A stretch of 64,000 bases of DNA from NCBI RefSeq assembly GCF_006345805.1, contig NC_043024.1:6510001-6574000 (forward strand), given 5' to 3'. Source of the stretch: Octopus sinensis (lineage: Eukaryota). The notes beneath the pieces are model-generated. The model saw only the letters and a program-made list of their open reading frames with translations, did no database searches and was not told where the DNA came from. Position numbers and translations under genes: made by a program. Below are positions 1-11,735 of this stretch, piece by piece (position 1 is the first letter of the stretch; the number at the start of each line of letters is the position of its first letter).

Positions 1-1732
1 ATCACCTGACGCATCAAGGATACTTTTAAATGGGCCAGAGATGCAACACTGGCATCGGCCATGGCTGTGAGCTCACTTTAGTTGCCGGGTCTTCTCAAGC
101 TCAGCATATCTCAAAAGGTCCCGGTCTCCTGTCATTGCCTCTGTGAGGCCCATCATTCAAAAGTTAATGGATTCACTAAATGACCAAGAGGTTTATGGGT
201 TTGATTCCACAGTCTGGCTCATGGCACAAATGTTATCTGCTGTAGCCATCTCAAGCTGGTTGACCAATGCCTTGGGTGAGGAATTTGCAAGATGGAAACT
301 GTACAGAAACTTGTTATTGTTTTAATGTCCACCATGCTTGAATGAGTATGATAGTATTCATTGAGGTAGATTTTGTATGACCAAAAGTCCTTCGTGTCAC
401 CAATCTTCACATGTTTTCAAGTGTTTCCAAGGCCAGACATATTTTTCTGGAAGACTGGAGATGAAGGACACTGCTTGTATGATGGTGATGCTTGTTTACA
501 ACTATACTCTTTTACTTTTTACTCTTTTACTTGTTTCAGTCATTTGACTGCGGCCATGCTGGAGCACCGCCTTAGTCGAGCAAATCGACCCCGGGACTTA
601 TTCTTTGTGTAAGCCCAGTACTTTCTATCGTCTCTTTGCCGAACCGCTAAGTGACGGGGACGTAAACACACCAGCATCGGTTGTCAAGCGATGTTGGGGG
701 GTGGGACAAACACAGACACACAAACACACACAATGAGAAAACAAGGAATCACCACTACTCCGGGTCCCTTGTCATTTCCTTGGTGAGGTTCAGTGTCTGA
801 AGATCCTTCCTTACCACTTTGTCTCATGCCTTCTTCAGCTGACCCGTTCCACGGGTTCCCTCCACAATTAGAGCTTGGCACTTCTTTACACAGCTGTCCT
901 CAACCATATGAGATGTGTGTGTGTGTGTGTGTGTGTGTGTGTCTTTGTGTCTGTGTTTGTCCCCCCCATCACTACTTGACAACAGGTGTTGGTGTGATTA
1001 CATCCCCGTAACTTAGCAGTTCAGCAAAAGATATCAATAGAGTAAGTAACAGGCTTAAGGGAAAAAAAAAAGGACTGGAGTCAATTTGTTGAACTAAAAT
1101 TCTTCAAGGTGGTGCTCCAGCATGGCCACAGTCAAATGGCACTTCTTTACACAGGTGCAGGAGTGGCTGTGGGGTAAGTAGCTTGCTTACAAACCACATG
1201 GTTCCGGGTTCAGTCCCACTGCGTGGCATCTTGGGCAAGTGTCTTCTGCTATAGCCCCGGGCCGACCAATGCCTTGTGAGTGGATTTGGTAGACGGAAAC
1301 TGAAAGAAGCCTGTCGTATATATGTATATATATATATGTATGTGTGTGTGCATGTTTGTCCCCCTAGCATTGCTTGACAACCAATGCTGGTGTGTTTACG
1401 TCCCCGTCACTTAGCAGTTCGGCAAAAGAGACCGATAGAATAAGTACTGGGCTTACAAAGAATAAGTCCCGGGGTCGATTTGCTCGACTAAAGGCGGTGC
1501 TCCAGCATGGCTGCAGTCAAATGACTGAAACAAGTAAAAGAGTAAAAGAGAGAGAGTTGTCCTCATCTATGTATTTAGACAGAATTGTCAAAGTAGGATT
1601 TGAACTCAGCAAGTCAGAGCAAATACCACAAGGCATTTCATCAGACATTCTAAGGATTCAGCCAAAAAGGAATTTCAGATGAGAATGGAATGGTGAACTT
1701 TGAAAATATGGACAGACATAAAAAGAACTTAC

Positions 1733-1806
1733 TTGCTTCAGCTCTGACTCCAACATTATCAGTGCGCTTGGCCGATGGAGATGTGAACGGCTTTGGTAAT
1801 TTGGCA
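1733..1806 (-). CDS. DLEC1: Probable DLEC1 exon AKLPKPFTSPSAKRTDNVGVRAEA
   Basis: ttaaag acceptor, consensus gtaagt donor, 74 nt, phase 2 to 1. Open in the frame the previous exon requires, but no recognisable motif. Confidence 0.55.
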
Positions 1807-1874
1807 CTTTAACGAGAACATAATTGATAGTTATGGTAAAGTTAAGTATTTGCACAATCCCGTATTATGTTTAA

Positions 1875-1875
1875 T

Positions 1876-1907
<32 letters not shown>

Positions 1908-2180
1908 CACCACAACACACACAACCACACACACACACCACACACACAACACACACAAACACACACACCCACAAAAACACACACACACACACACCCACAA
2001 CCAAAACACAAACACACAAACACACAACACCCACACACCACAAACAACACCACACACACACACACACAAACACACACACAAACCCAACCACACACACACA
2101 CACAACACACACCACACCAAACACAAACCCACAAACACACACACACCAAACACACACACACACACAACACACACAAACAC

Positions 2181-2213
<33 letters not shown>

Positions 2214-2512
2214 AACACACACCCACACACACAAACACACCAACCACACCACACACACACACACACAAACACACACACAAACACACACCAACACACACAC
2301 ACAAACACACACACACAACACACACACACACACACACACACACCCAAACACACACAAACACACAACACACACACACAAACACACACACAAACACACACAC
2401 AACACACACCCACAAAACACACACACACACACCCCACAACACACACACAAACCCACAAACCACACACACACACCACACACACACACACACAACACACACA
2501 AACACACACACC

Positions 2513-2557
<45 letters not shown>

Positions 2558-2736
2558 CACACACACACAAACAACACACACAAAACACCACACACCCACC
2601 ACACACACCCACACACACACACAAACACACACACCACACACACACACACAAACACACCACCCAACACACACACACACAACACACACACAAACACACACAC
2701 ACACACACACACACAAACACCACCACACACACACAA

Positions 2737-2796
<60 letters not shown>

Positions 2797-3222
2797 ACAC
2801 ACACAACACCACACCACACACACCACACACAAACACCACACACACACACACACACACACAAACCACCACACAACCACACACACAACACACAACACAAACA
2901 CACACACACAAACACACACACACAAACACACACACACACAACACACACAAACACACACAAAAACAACACCCACAACACACAAACACACCACACACACACA
3001 CAAACACACACCACAAACACACAAACACACACACACACACACACACAAACACACACAACACACAACACAACACACACACAACAAACACAAACACACACAC
3101 ACACACACAACACACACAACCCCACACACACCACACACCCACAAACACACACACACAAACACACACACACACACACACCACACACACAAACACACACACC
3201 ACACACACACACAAACACACAC
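1875..3222. repeat. 1.35-kb imperfect (CA)n
   Basis: Almost exclusively A and C, with frequent single-base slips. Confidence 0.97.
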
Positions 3223-4017
3223 ATACGGTGCACTTTCCATGACAATTTTGATATTTGCTTGAAGCATTATGGAATATGTAGAAAATTGGTGTGTTAATTA
3301 CAATGATTCAACATTAACAAAACAGACACATCATTTACACCACTCTCTTGGTCTTGAATGCTTTTGAAAAGGAGTTTTTTAACCTGAAATATCAGCACTA
3401 AATAAATATTTATAAGATAACATTCAAATATTTCTGTTACGGTTATTTTTGATGTTTGATGTTCCAACCGTATTGCTACCACTTTCATTAACACATTGAT
3501 TTTATAGACAAGCAGGGAATAAATAGAGCAAACAGACACAAATTCATATACAAACACATAAGACCCTTCTTCAGTCATGACGCACGATGGGATTGCACCT
3601 AGAAAGTTACCCTCCAAGGCACAAGGCTGGGCAAGGTTGTTTATGGAAGACCAGCAGTCGCCCATGCATACCAGCCTCCCTCCTCTCCACACCACTGATG
3701 TTATCTAAGGGGAAAGCAAAGGGGCCGATACAGCTTGGCACCAGTGACGTCGCAACTTATTTCTACAGCTGAGTTAACTGGAGTAATGTGAAACAAAGTG
3801 TCTTGCTTAAGAACACAACACTCAGCCCGGTCTGAGAATTGAACTCAGTACCTCACAATTGCGAATCTGATGCTATAACCACTGAGCCATCACCTTTTTC
3901 TTTCTGCTTGGTGGGCAGGTGGCCAGCTTGCTACAGTGTCGCTGCCCTGTGCACTCTTCCTTGAAACACCTGGCTCAATATATATATATACACACACACA
4001 CACATATATGCATATAC

Positions 4018-4054
<37 letters not shown>

Positions 4055-4183
4055 TATATGCAGATACATATATATATATAATATATATACACACACACAC
4101 ACATATATGCATATACATTATATATATTAATATATACATACACACATATATGTATATACATATTATATATATACATACAACAC

Positions 4184-4217
<34 letters not shown>

Positions 4218-4266
4218 ATTGTATATATATATATATGTATATATGTATATGTATATATATATATAT

Positions 4267-4767
4267 ACTAGCAGTATCGCCCGGCGTTGCTCGGGTTTGT
4301 AAGGGAAATAACTATATAAGCATTTTTTAGAGTTTACTTCCCTTATAAATTCGGGCTTTCTTAGCCATTTTTGTTTTAGTGTCTTCAAGCCATGAAGTCG
4401 TTCTAAAAGAACGCTGGTTTCCTTCACAACGCATTACGACGTTTGATTTCTTTACACTCCCTTCCCCACAGCTTCACGAGGAGGGAAGGGGGAGAAGCAA
4501 ACAGTGCAGCTGTGAGCGTGGACGCAACTCTCCCGCCGTCATCGACACACGATGCATTTTATGCATTAAATGGAATAAAATTATGTTAAATTATTTTTAA
4601 AATCGTAGACTCATCGTTGACGCGCGCTAATAGTCAGACGAGCTCGATATGAATCACGACTATAAATATACCCGAATTTGGAAACTGTGCACGCAAAATG
4701 TGGGAGGATTAGGAATCTAAATCGAAGGGGACAGACACTCACACAACTAGAGTTTTTATATATAGAG

Positions 4768-4769
<2 letters not shown>
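4267..4769 (+). mobile_element. Helitron/HINE-like non-autonomous element
   Basis: Starts ACTAGCAGTATCGCCCGGCGTTGCTCGGG (subterminal hairpin), ends TTTTATATATAGAGAT, and lies within (TA)n. Confidence 0.55.
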
Positions 4770-4805
<36 letters not shown>

Positions 4806-4817
4806 CTATATTATATC

Positions 4818-4848
<31 letters not shown>

Positions 4849-5236
4849 ATATATATATATATGATTTTAATGATTTCATTATTTATATTTTGACTTTTAT
4901 AACTTGTATTCTTATCTTATATATATTGAATTATAAGATATATATGTATGCTTTTGAGGTTCTCATTTTGTTAAATGAATAAATAATCCAACATTATATT
5001 ATCCGAAAGTTGATGAACAAACTAAACTTGTTTCTCCATTTTCTTATTTGTATTATAAATTTACGGTAAAAATATTTCTTTACCTTCACCCGTTTAATAC
5101 AATAAACGAGTTAATTGCATTGTAATTAAAAAAATCTATGTATTAAGGATCTAGGTACTCTACCAACAGTATATTGGATAAATACTATCCCATAGTGGGT
5201 TACACCCATAACCCCTATCTTACTTTGTATTATATA

Positions 5237-5350
<114 letters not shown>

Positions 5351-5379
5351 TATGTATATATGTATATATATATGTATGA

Positions 5380-5417
<38 letters not shown>

Positions 5418-6154
5418 TATATTTTATATGTAATATAAGTATATTGCATATATATGTGTGAATATAATATATATATATATTATATATAATATTAATATTA
5501 AAATTAAACAAGGATCAATACCTAAGTATGTCTACCTGCTAGAAATAACAGTCAAAAACTTATTAAACTCACTAAATACCTAATGAAACTAACGAAATCC
5601 AAACTAAGGGCAAATCAGGTTAAGACAATCTACTACAATATATATATATATGTGTGTGTGAAAATATTGCATACATATAATGGATATATATATTCAGAAT
5701 CTAAACCTCATTCACACACATAATAGATATACGTATAATGGACTCTCCTGTTGAAGGTAACTATATGGGCGTTCCTTTCTAACTGAAGTGACCTGGCACA
5801 ATAGTGGTTTATTAAATATATATATATATGGATATGCCACACATTAGCTCACTTCATTCCTCAAATCAACATCACCTGAAACACAGTGCATGGTGTGTCA
5901 TGCATCATAGTGTTGGAGAGATGGCATATATATATAGAGATATATAATATAGGAAAGATAAATATATATATATATAGATAGAGAAAAATCCATATGAGTG
6001 TTTTGCTCAATGGAACACAATCACCACCAATGCAAGACCCTAACCACAAGGCCATGCTCTACATGCACACATCCAGCAAACACACACACACCACACACAC
6101 CACACACACAACACATGTATGTAGAGAGAGAGAGGGAGAGAGATTCCAACTTAC

Positions 6155-6337
6155 TTTATTCTCTGTGCCTTCATTGATGGCTGGAAAACAGAATTATCAA
6201 CCGGGAATTTCTCAGCAGATACGGAGTAGGTACTTTCGATCTCAGTGACGTTTTTGATACGGAGATACAAGCACGGTTTGGTGGCCACCATTACTTCCTC
6301 ACCAAAGTCCAATACCACAGGTTCATCATCATCAGGA
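6155..6337 (-). CDS. DLEC1: DLEC1 exon PDDDEPVVLDFGEEV...KAQRI
   Basis: ttccag acceptor, gtaagt donor, 183 nt, phase 2 to 2. LDFG motif. Confidence 0.88.
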
Positions 6338-7584
6338 CTGGAATAATAGCAGAGTGACAACAGTAAACGGCACGAGATGCTAAGGTATTCGATGAAGACC
6401 TATTTTATCAACTTAATGGAGAACCTGCCAGTGGTCTGTTAGATTTTGTGGAATTACAGACCTTGTTATATACAAGGGGCTGATGTTAAAAATGGTTGAG
6501 GTACAACTGAGGGGACAACACTTCATATGTTGCAGGCAGGGCCTTGTCATAGATCGGGACCAATGTCAAAAGGAGTTAAGCAGCAAACAAGGGTACAATA
6601 TTTTATATATTATGAGCAACAAACTCAATCATAGATAGGGGCCAATGTCAAAAGGGGTTTAGCTACAGATGAGGGCATGGCATCTCTTACATTACAGGCA
6701 GCGAGCTGGCAGAGTTGTTATCACGCCGGGTGAAATGCTTAGCGGTATTTCGTCTGCCATTACATTATGTGTTCAAATTTTGCCCGAGGTCGACTTTGCC
6801 TTTCATCCTTTCGGGATCAATTAAATAAGTACCAGTTACGCACTGGGGTCGATGTAATCGACTAAATCCCTTTGTTTGTTTCCTCTGTGTTTAACCCCCT
6901 GTGGGCAATAAAGAAATATATATTATAGACAACACTTTATGAAACACAAGAGCCTGATGTAGGGGATGGTCTGGAGGAAAGGGCTGCGCTTTTGGCATTT
7001 GCTGATGTTCCCTAGACTGTTGCAAATTCACAACTGCAGAAAAAAACTTGCATGGGTTGATGATCTTGGGGAAAAAATGAGTAGAGTAATTAATGTGGAA
7101 ACTCGGAAGATGAGCACAAAGACTGGATCAACCTGGAATTATAGCGGAAAACATTGATCTAAGATATGATGGGGCAGTAAGGAGTGGACCAGGATCTAAG
7201 AGAATGCAAATGAATGGCACCTTGGGCAAGTGTCTTCTACTATAGCCTCAGGCTGACCAAATCCTTGTCAGTGGATTTGGTAGACGGAAACTGAAAGAAG
7301 CCCATTGTGTGTGTGTGTGTGTGTGTGTGTCTTTGTATCTGTGTTTGTCCCCCACCACTACTTGGCAACCGGTGTTGGCGTGATTACATCCCTGTAACAT
7401 AGCAGTTCAGCAAAAGATATCAACAGAATAAGTAACAAGCTTAAGGAAAAAAAAAAGTACTGAAGTCAATTCATTGAACTAAGATTCTTCAAGGTGGTAC
7501 TCCAGCAAGGCCACGGTCAAATGACTGAAAAAAGATAAAAGATGATGAAAATTAAAAACAGCAGGTGTGATAGTGTCCACTTAC

Positions 7585-7721
7585 CTTTCATCATTGAAAT
7601 AACCGTCTTTTGATACCTGGTATTGTATAATTAATCCCTTCACGTCAGCAGTAATGGCCAAACAGAGAAACTTGCGCATTTCCATTACTTTACATCGAAC
7701 AAATACATCGTTAAACACCAT
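7585..7721 (-). CDS. DLEC1: DLEC1 exon MVFNDVFVRCKVMEMRKFLCLAITADVKGL...FNDE
   Basis: ttacag acceptor, gtaagt donor, 137 nt, phase 0 to 2. Confidence 0.87.
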
Positions 7722-7945
7722 CTGTAAGACAAACAATTACAATGAGATTTGAAGGAGTTGATTAATTTTTGTAACTTTTTGATTTTGTTTCAATACGAAG
7801 TGGAATGGAAAAGTTTCTGGTTTTGGATAAAAGAAACTACAAGATCAGCTAATTAAGACTTCATTCAACGTATTCCCTCTCTCAGATTCACACACTTATT
7901 ACAGCGGTCCTTCACCTTTTCTAAGCCCTGCAAAAGAATACAGTT

Positions 7946-8193
7946 CTATATTTAAGAGATGAGGAATTATGTACATTATTTACAATTAACGGATTTTTAT
8001 TCTCATCTTGTTTGTCGTTAACACGTTTTGGCTGATAAAACCCTCCAGCCTTCATCAGGTGTCTTGGGGAAATTTTGAACCTGGGTTCTCATGCCTATGG
8101 GCATATGGTGTAGTGGTTAAGAGCCCAAGATACCAAGTTTGATTCCAGGCAGTGACCTGAATAATAATAATAATAATAACAATGAAAAATACC
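7946..8193. mobile_element. tRNA-headed SINE with hammerhead-like tail, 5'-inverted copy
   Basis: Plus-strand head 8099-8193 has A box TGGTGTAGTGG and B box GTTTGATTCC, then (AAT)n. The tail lies on the minus strand at 8097-7946 and contains CTGATGA-AGGCTG...CAGCC. Confidence 0.7.
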
Positions 8194-8869
8194 ATCGACC
8201 CCAGTACTTGACTGGTACTTAATTTATCAACCCCGAAAGGACGAAAGGCAAAGTCGACCTTGGTGGATGAAAACTATTAATAATGATAACATAATGTGAA
8301 GAAAATATCAAATGCTTTGGTGTGTGACTCATAAAAAACACCTTCTGAACACTGGGCCGCTTGGAGGCAGTGATAAATGATGTGCTTGAGAAGAAGACCA
8401 TTGAAGTCAAGGTAAACCGTAGATATTGGTGTCATGCAAACTGACACCTGTGCCAGTGACACATAAGAGCACTCATTACACTCTCAGAGTGGTTGGTGTT
8501 AGGGAGGGTATCCAGGCATAGACACCATGCCAAATCAGACTAGAGTCTGGTGCAGCCCCTCAGCTTACCAGCCCTGATCAAACTATCCAACCCATGCCAG
8601 CATGGACAACAGACATTAAATGATGATGATGATGATGATGAGGATGACACACGAACATTTATGTGAATATGTGTGTATATGTATGTTAACAGCATCAATT
8701 TTCTCCAAAGACATGGTCTCTGTTCTTTTATTCTTGCCCTATTCGACAGTGTCCATACTGGAGCATCTCACCACTATGACTTTTCCCTAATATTAAATAA
8801 ACCCAACATCCTCAACAACCAAATAAAAAAAAAGGAAAACAGGTCCACCTCACTCCCAGACATAAATAC

Positions 8870-8980
8870 CTGTTCCTTGGAGAAAAAAGTCAGATTAAAA
8901 GGTTCCGTTTTTAATGGAGAGATAATTCCTCTGTTCGGAAGGATTTGTATTTCACACAGGTGGGCTTGACTTCCAACAGG
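8870..8980 (-). CDS. DLEC1: DLEC1 exon PVGSQAHLCEIQILPNRGIISP...SKEQ
   Basis: tttcag acceptor, gtattt donor, 111 nt, phase 0 to 0. Confidence 0.85.
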
Positions 8981-9267
8981 CTGAAAGAGAATTGATTTTT
9001 TTTAAGGAGCAGAAAGAGGGGATATTGCAAAGGCATCAAACAGTTGAAAGAATAAAAGGATTTTGGTAGGGTAGTTCTGTGTTGGTTTACAAAGTTTGGT
9101 CAAATTTTACATACATGTTTGTGAATTTGTGTGTGTGAGAGAGGGAAGTGGAGGGGAGGGAGGGAGAGGAGAGGAGGGGAGAGAGTGTGTCTGTGTGTGT
9201 GTGAGAGAGAGGGAAGTGGAGGGGAAGGAGGGAGAGGAGAGGAGGAGAGAGAGAGTGTGTCTGTGTG

Positions 9268-9367
9268 NNNNNNNNNNNNNNNNNNNNNNNNNNNNNNNNN
9301 NNNNNNNNNNNNNNNNNNNNNNNNNNNNNNNNNNNNNNNNNNNNNNNNNNNNNNNNNNNNNNNNNNN
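9268..9367. other. Assembly gap (100 N)
   Basis: Exactly 100 N between a GA/GT-rich repeat and (GAAA)n. Confidence 0.99.
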
Positions 9368-9368
9368 A

Positions 9369-9412
<44 letters not shown>

Positions 9413-9448
9413 GAAGAAAGAAAGAAAGAGCTACCAGTTCCTCCTCAC

Positions 9449-9591
9449 CTGGTATTTCCATCAACCACCTCCAACAACAAATTAGTCTTCAAAGAATACA
9501 CCGAATCGGGAGCAAAACTCATATTGATGCTAAGAAATTGGTAGGGTGCCAAGACCCCTTCAGTAATGGAGACATTTAAGTCTACTGGGTC
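9449..9591 (-). CDS. DLEC1: DLEC1 exon DPVDLNVSITEGVLAPY...LEVVDGNT
   Basis: ctacag acceptor, gtgagg donor, 143 nt, phase 0 to 2. Confidence 0.87.
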
Positions 9592-10354
9592 CTGTAGATG
9601 AGAGAACAGAGAGACAAAGGGTGTGAAAGGATAAGAGAGAAGGACCTAGAATTTATTGGAAACCGTTTCAATATTCTGGAGACTTGTACCCAGAACCATT
9701 CCCCCTGGGACTGAGGCAGGAATGGTCCTCGTTCAATAATGCAAACCTGACTATTTTAGAGATTTTTATCTGTTGTTGTTTTCTTGTTTCAGTGATTGGA
9801 CTGTGGCCATGCTGGGGCACCACTATGAGGAGTTTAGTCGAATACACAGATTCCAGAACTTAGCTTCCTTCCTTCCCAAGTTTGGTAATTATTCTGTCTC
9901 TTTTGCTGAACTATTATGGAGACATAAACAAACCAACACCAGTTGTGAAGCAGGGGGAAACAAACACAAAGACATGCACTCACAATTGACAGGCTTCCAC
10001 ACAGTTTCCGTCAATCAAATTCTATGCATGGCATTGGTCAGTCTAGAGCTTTATTAGAAGACACTTGCCCGAAACGTCACAGAACAGGATTGAACCTTTC
10101 ATAATTTTATCCAAGAAATCCCTACATTCTCTTTAATATATATTCATCATCCCTCAACCCTTGTTCTTCATTTGTTATACTCACCCTCACCCATTCCCCA
10201 CCTCTAACTATCCCTCATTACCTACCAACATTCTCTGTTTTACCAGCCCTCCCCCCTCCAATTCAACTTGCGTTTTGAGGGCACACCCTGATACCTCAAC
10301 ACCCCTATTTCATCTCTTTCTAGTCCCATACAAGTGAAGGTGTATGACTCATAA

Positions 10355-10640
10355 GGTAGTGAGCTCAATTCTTGGACCGTGCTGTGTATTGTGTTCTTGA
10401 GCAAGACACTTTATTTCCCATTGCCCCAGTTCACTCAGCTGTAGAAATGAGTTGCGACATCACAAGTGCCAAGCTGTATCGGCCCCTTTGCCTTTCTCAA
10501 GGATAACATTGGTGTCATGGAAAGGTGGGAGGCCAGTATGCATGGGTGACTGCTGGTCTTCCACAAACAACCATGCCCAGACTTGTGCCTGGGAGGGTAA
10601 CTTTCTAGGTGCAATCCCATAATCATTTGTGACCAAAGAG
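10355..10640 (+). mobile_element. SINE family D (gtgttcttgagcaagacactt core)
   Basis: Shared with copies at about 3575-3885(-), 32985-33160(-) and 61810-61945(-). Confidence 0.75.
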
Positions 10641-11334
10641 GGCCTTCACTTTTTTAGCCCCAACTAGTCACTCCCACATCTTTTCAGTAATATGAGTTGT
10701 CATGTAGCTCCTCCACAGCTTCCATAGTTTAACCCCTTATACATATAACCTTTCATATATATGACCTCTGGTATAGCTCCTCTGCAGCAACAGACCTATT
10801 CTGTTCTAGCCCCTTTTATCATATTTTAACTGCTTATCTCACACCATAAGCTCTTTCCCTCTCTACTGTAGCCCCACTCAATCAAAGGGAATCTTTGTCT
10901 TGTGAATTGTATGGGAATTTCACTAGTGCTGCTGCCATAACAGAAAAATGTCCAGCATGTTCTTTAAAATGTTTAGTATTCGGAAGAGCATCCTACAGTA
11001 GTAACCATGTCAAGTGGACACTGGAGCAAGATACTATCCTCAGATCCTCTTCAGATCTTGCCAAATCATCCAATCCATGCCAACATGGAAGATGGATACT
11101 GAAAAATGATGAGTTAAATCATTGGAAAAAGTTGGTTATTTTACTAAATTTCTTCAAATTTATGATTTCTAGGTTGTTTCCTGTCAGTAAAAATAATAGT
11201 TAATCATGTATCTTTATAAATTGTTCAAAGTGGAAGATTTTTCTTTTTGAAATTTATGTTGCGTTGTTTATAGATTGAAAGACACAAAAACACACACACA
11301 AAGAACGAAAAAAAACTATATATATTATATATAT

Positions 11335-11735
11335 AGGCGCAGGAGTGGCTGTGTGGTAAGTAGCTTGCTAACCAACCACATGGTTCCGGGTTCAGTCCCA
11401 CTGCGTGGCATCTTGGGCAAGTGTCTTCTGCTATAGCCCCGGGCCGACCAATGCCTTGTGAGTGGATTTGGTAGACGGAAACTGAAAGATGCTTGTCGTA
11501 TATATGTATAGATATATGTGTGTGTGTTTGTCCCCCTAGCATTGCTTGACAACCGATGCTGGTGTGTTTACGTCCCCGTCACTTAGCGGTTCGGCAAAAA
11601 GAGACCGATAGAATAAGTACTGGGCTTACAAAAAGAATAAGTCCCGGGGTCGAGTTGCTCGACTAAAGGCGGTGCTCCAGCATGGCCGCAGTCAAATGAC
11701 TGAAACAAGTAAAAGAGTAAAAGAGTAAAAGAGTA
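11335..11735 (+). mobile_element. tRNA-derived SINE family A, near-consensus copy
   Basis: A/B-box-like head, CORE-like cttgggcaagtgtctt, internal TA/TG microsatellite, (AAAAGAGT)n tail. Other copies at about 1153-1550, 12690-13080(-), 33270-33620(-), 33825-34230, 41060-41480(-), 42095-42520, 44685-45060, 60940-61690(-) and 62940-63100. Confidence 0.88.

Noticed and set aside
1793-3297. Five 449-489 aa ORFs rich in H/T or C/V
   Set aside because: Translations of (CA)n/(TG)n, which lack stop codons in any frame.
8099-8160. tRNA genes at SINE heads (also 11335, 61196 and 62489)
   Set aside because: A and B boxes are present, but there is no complete cloverleaf and each continues into a repeat body.
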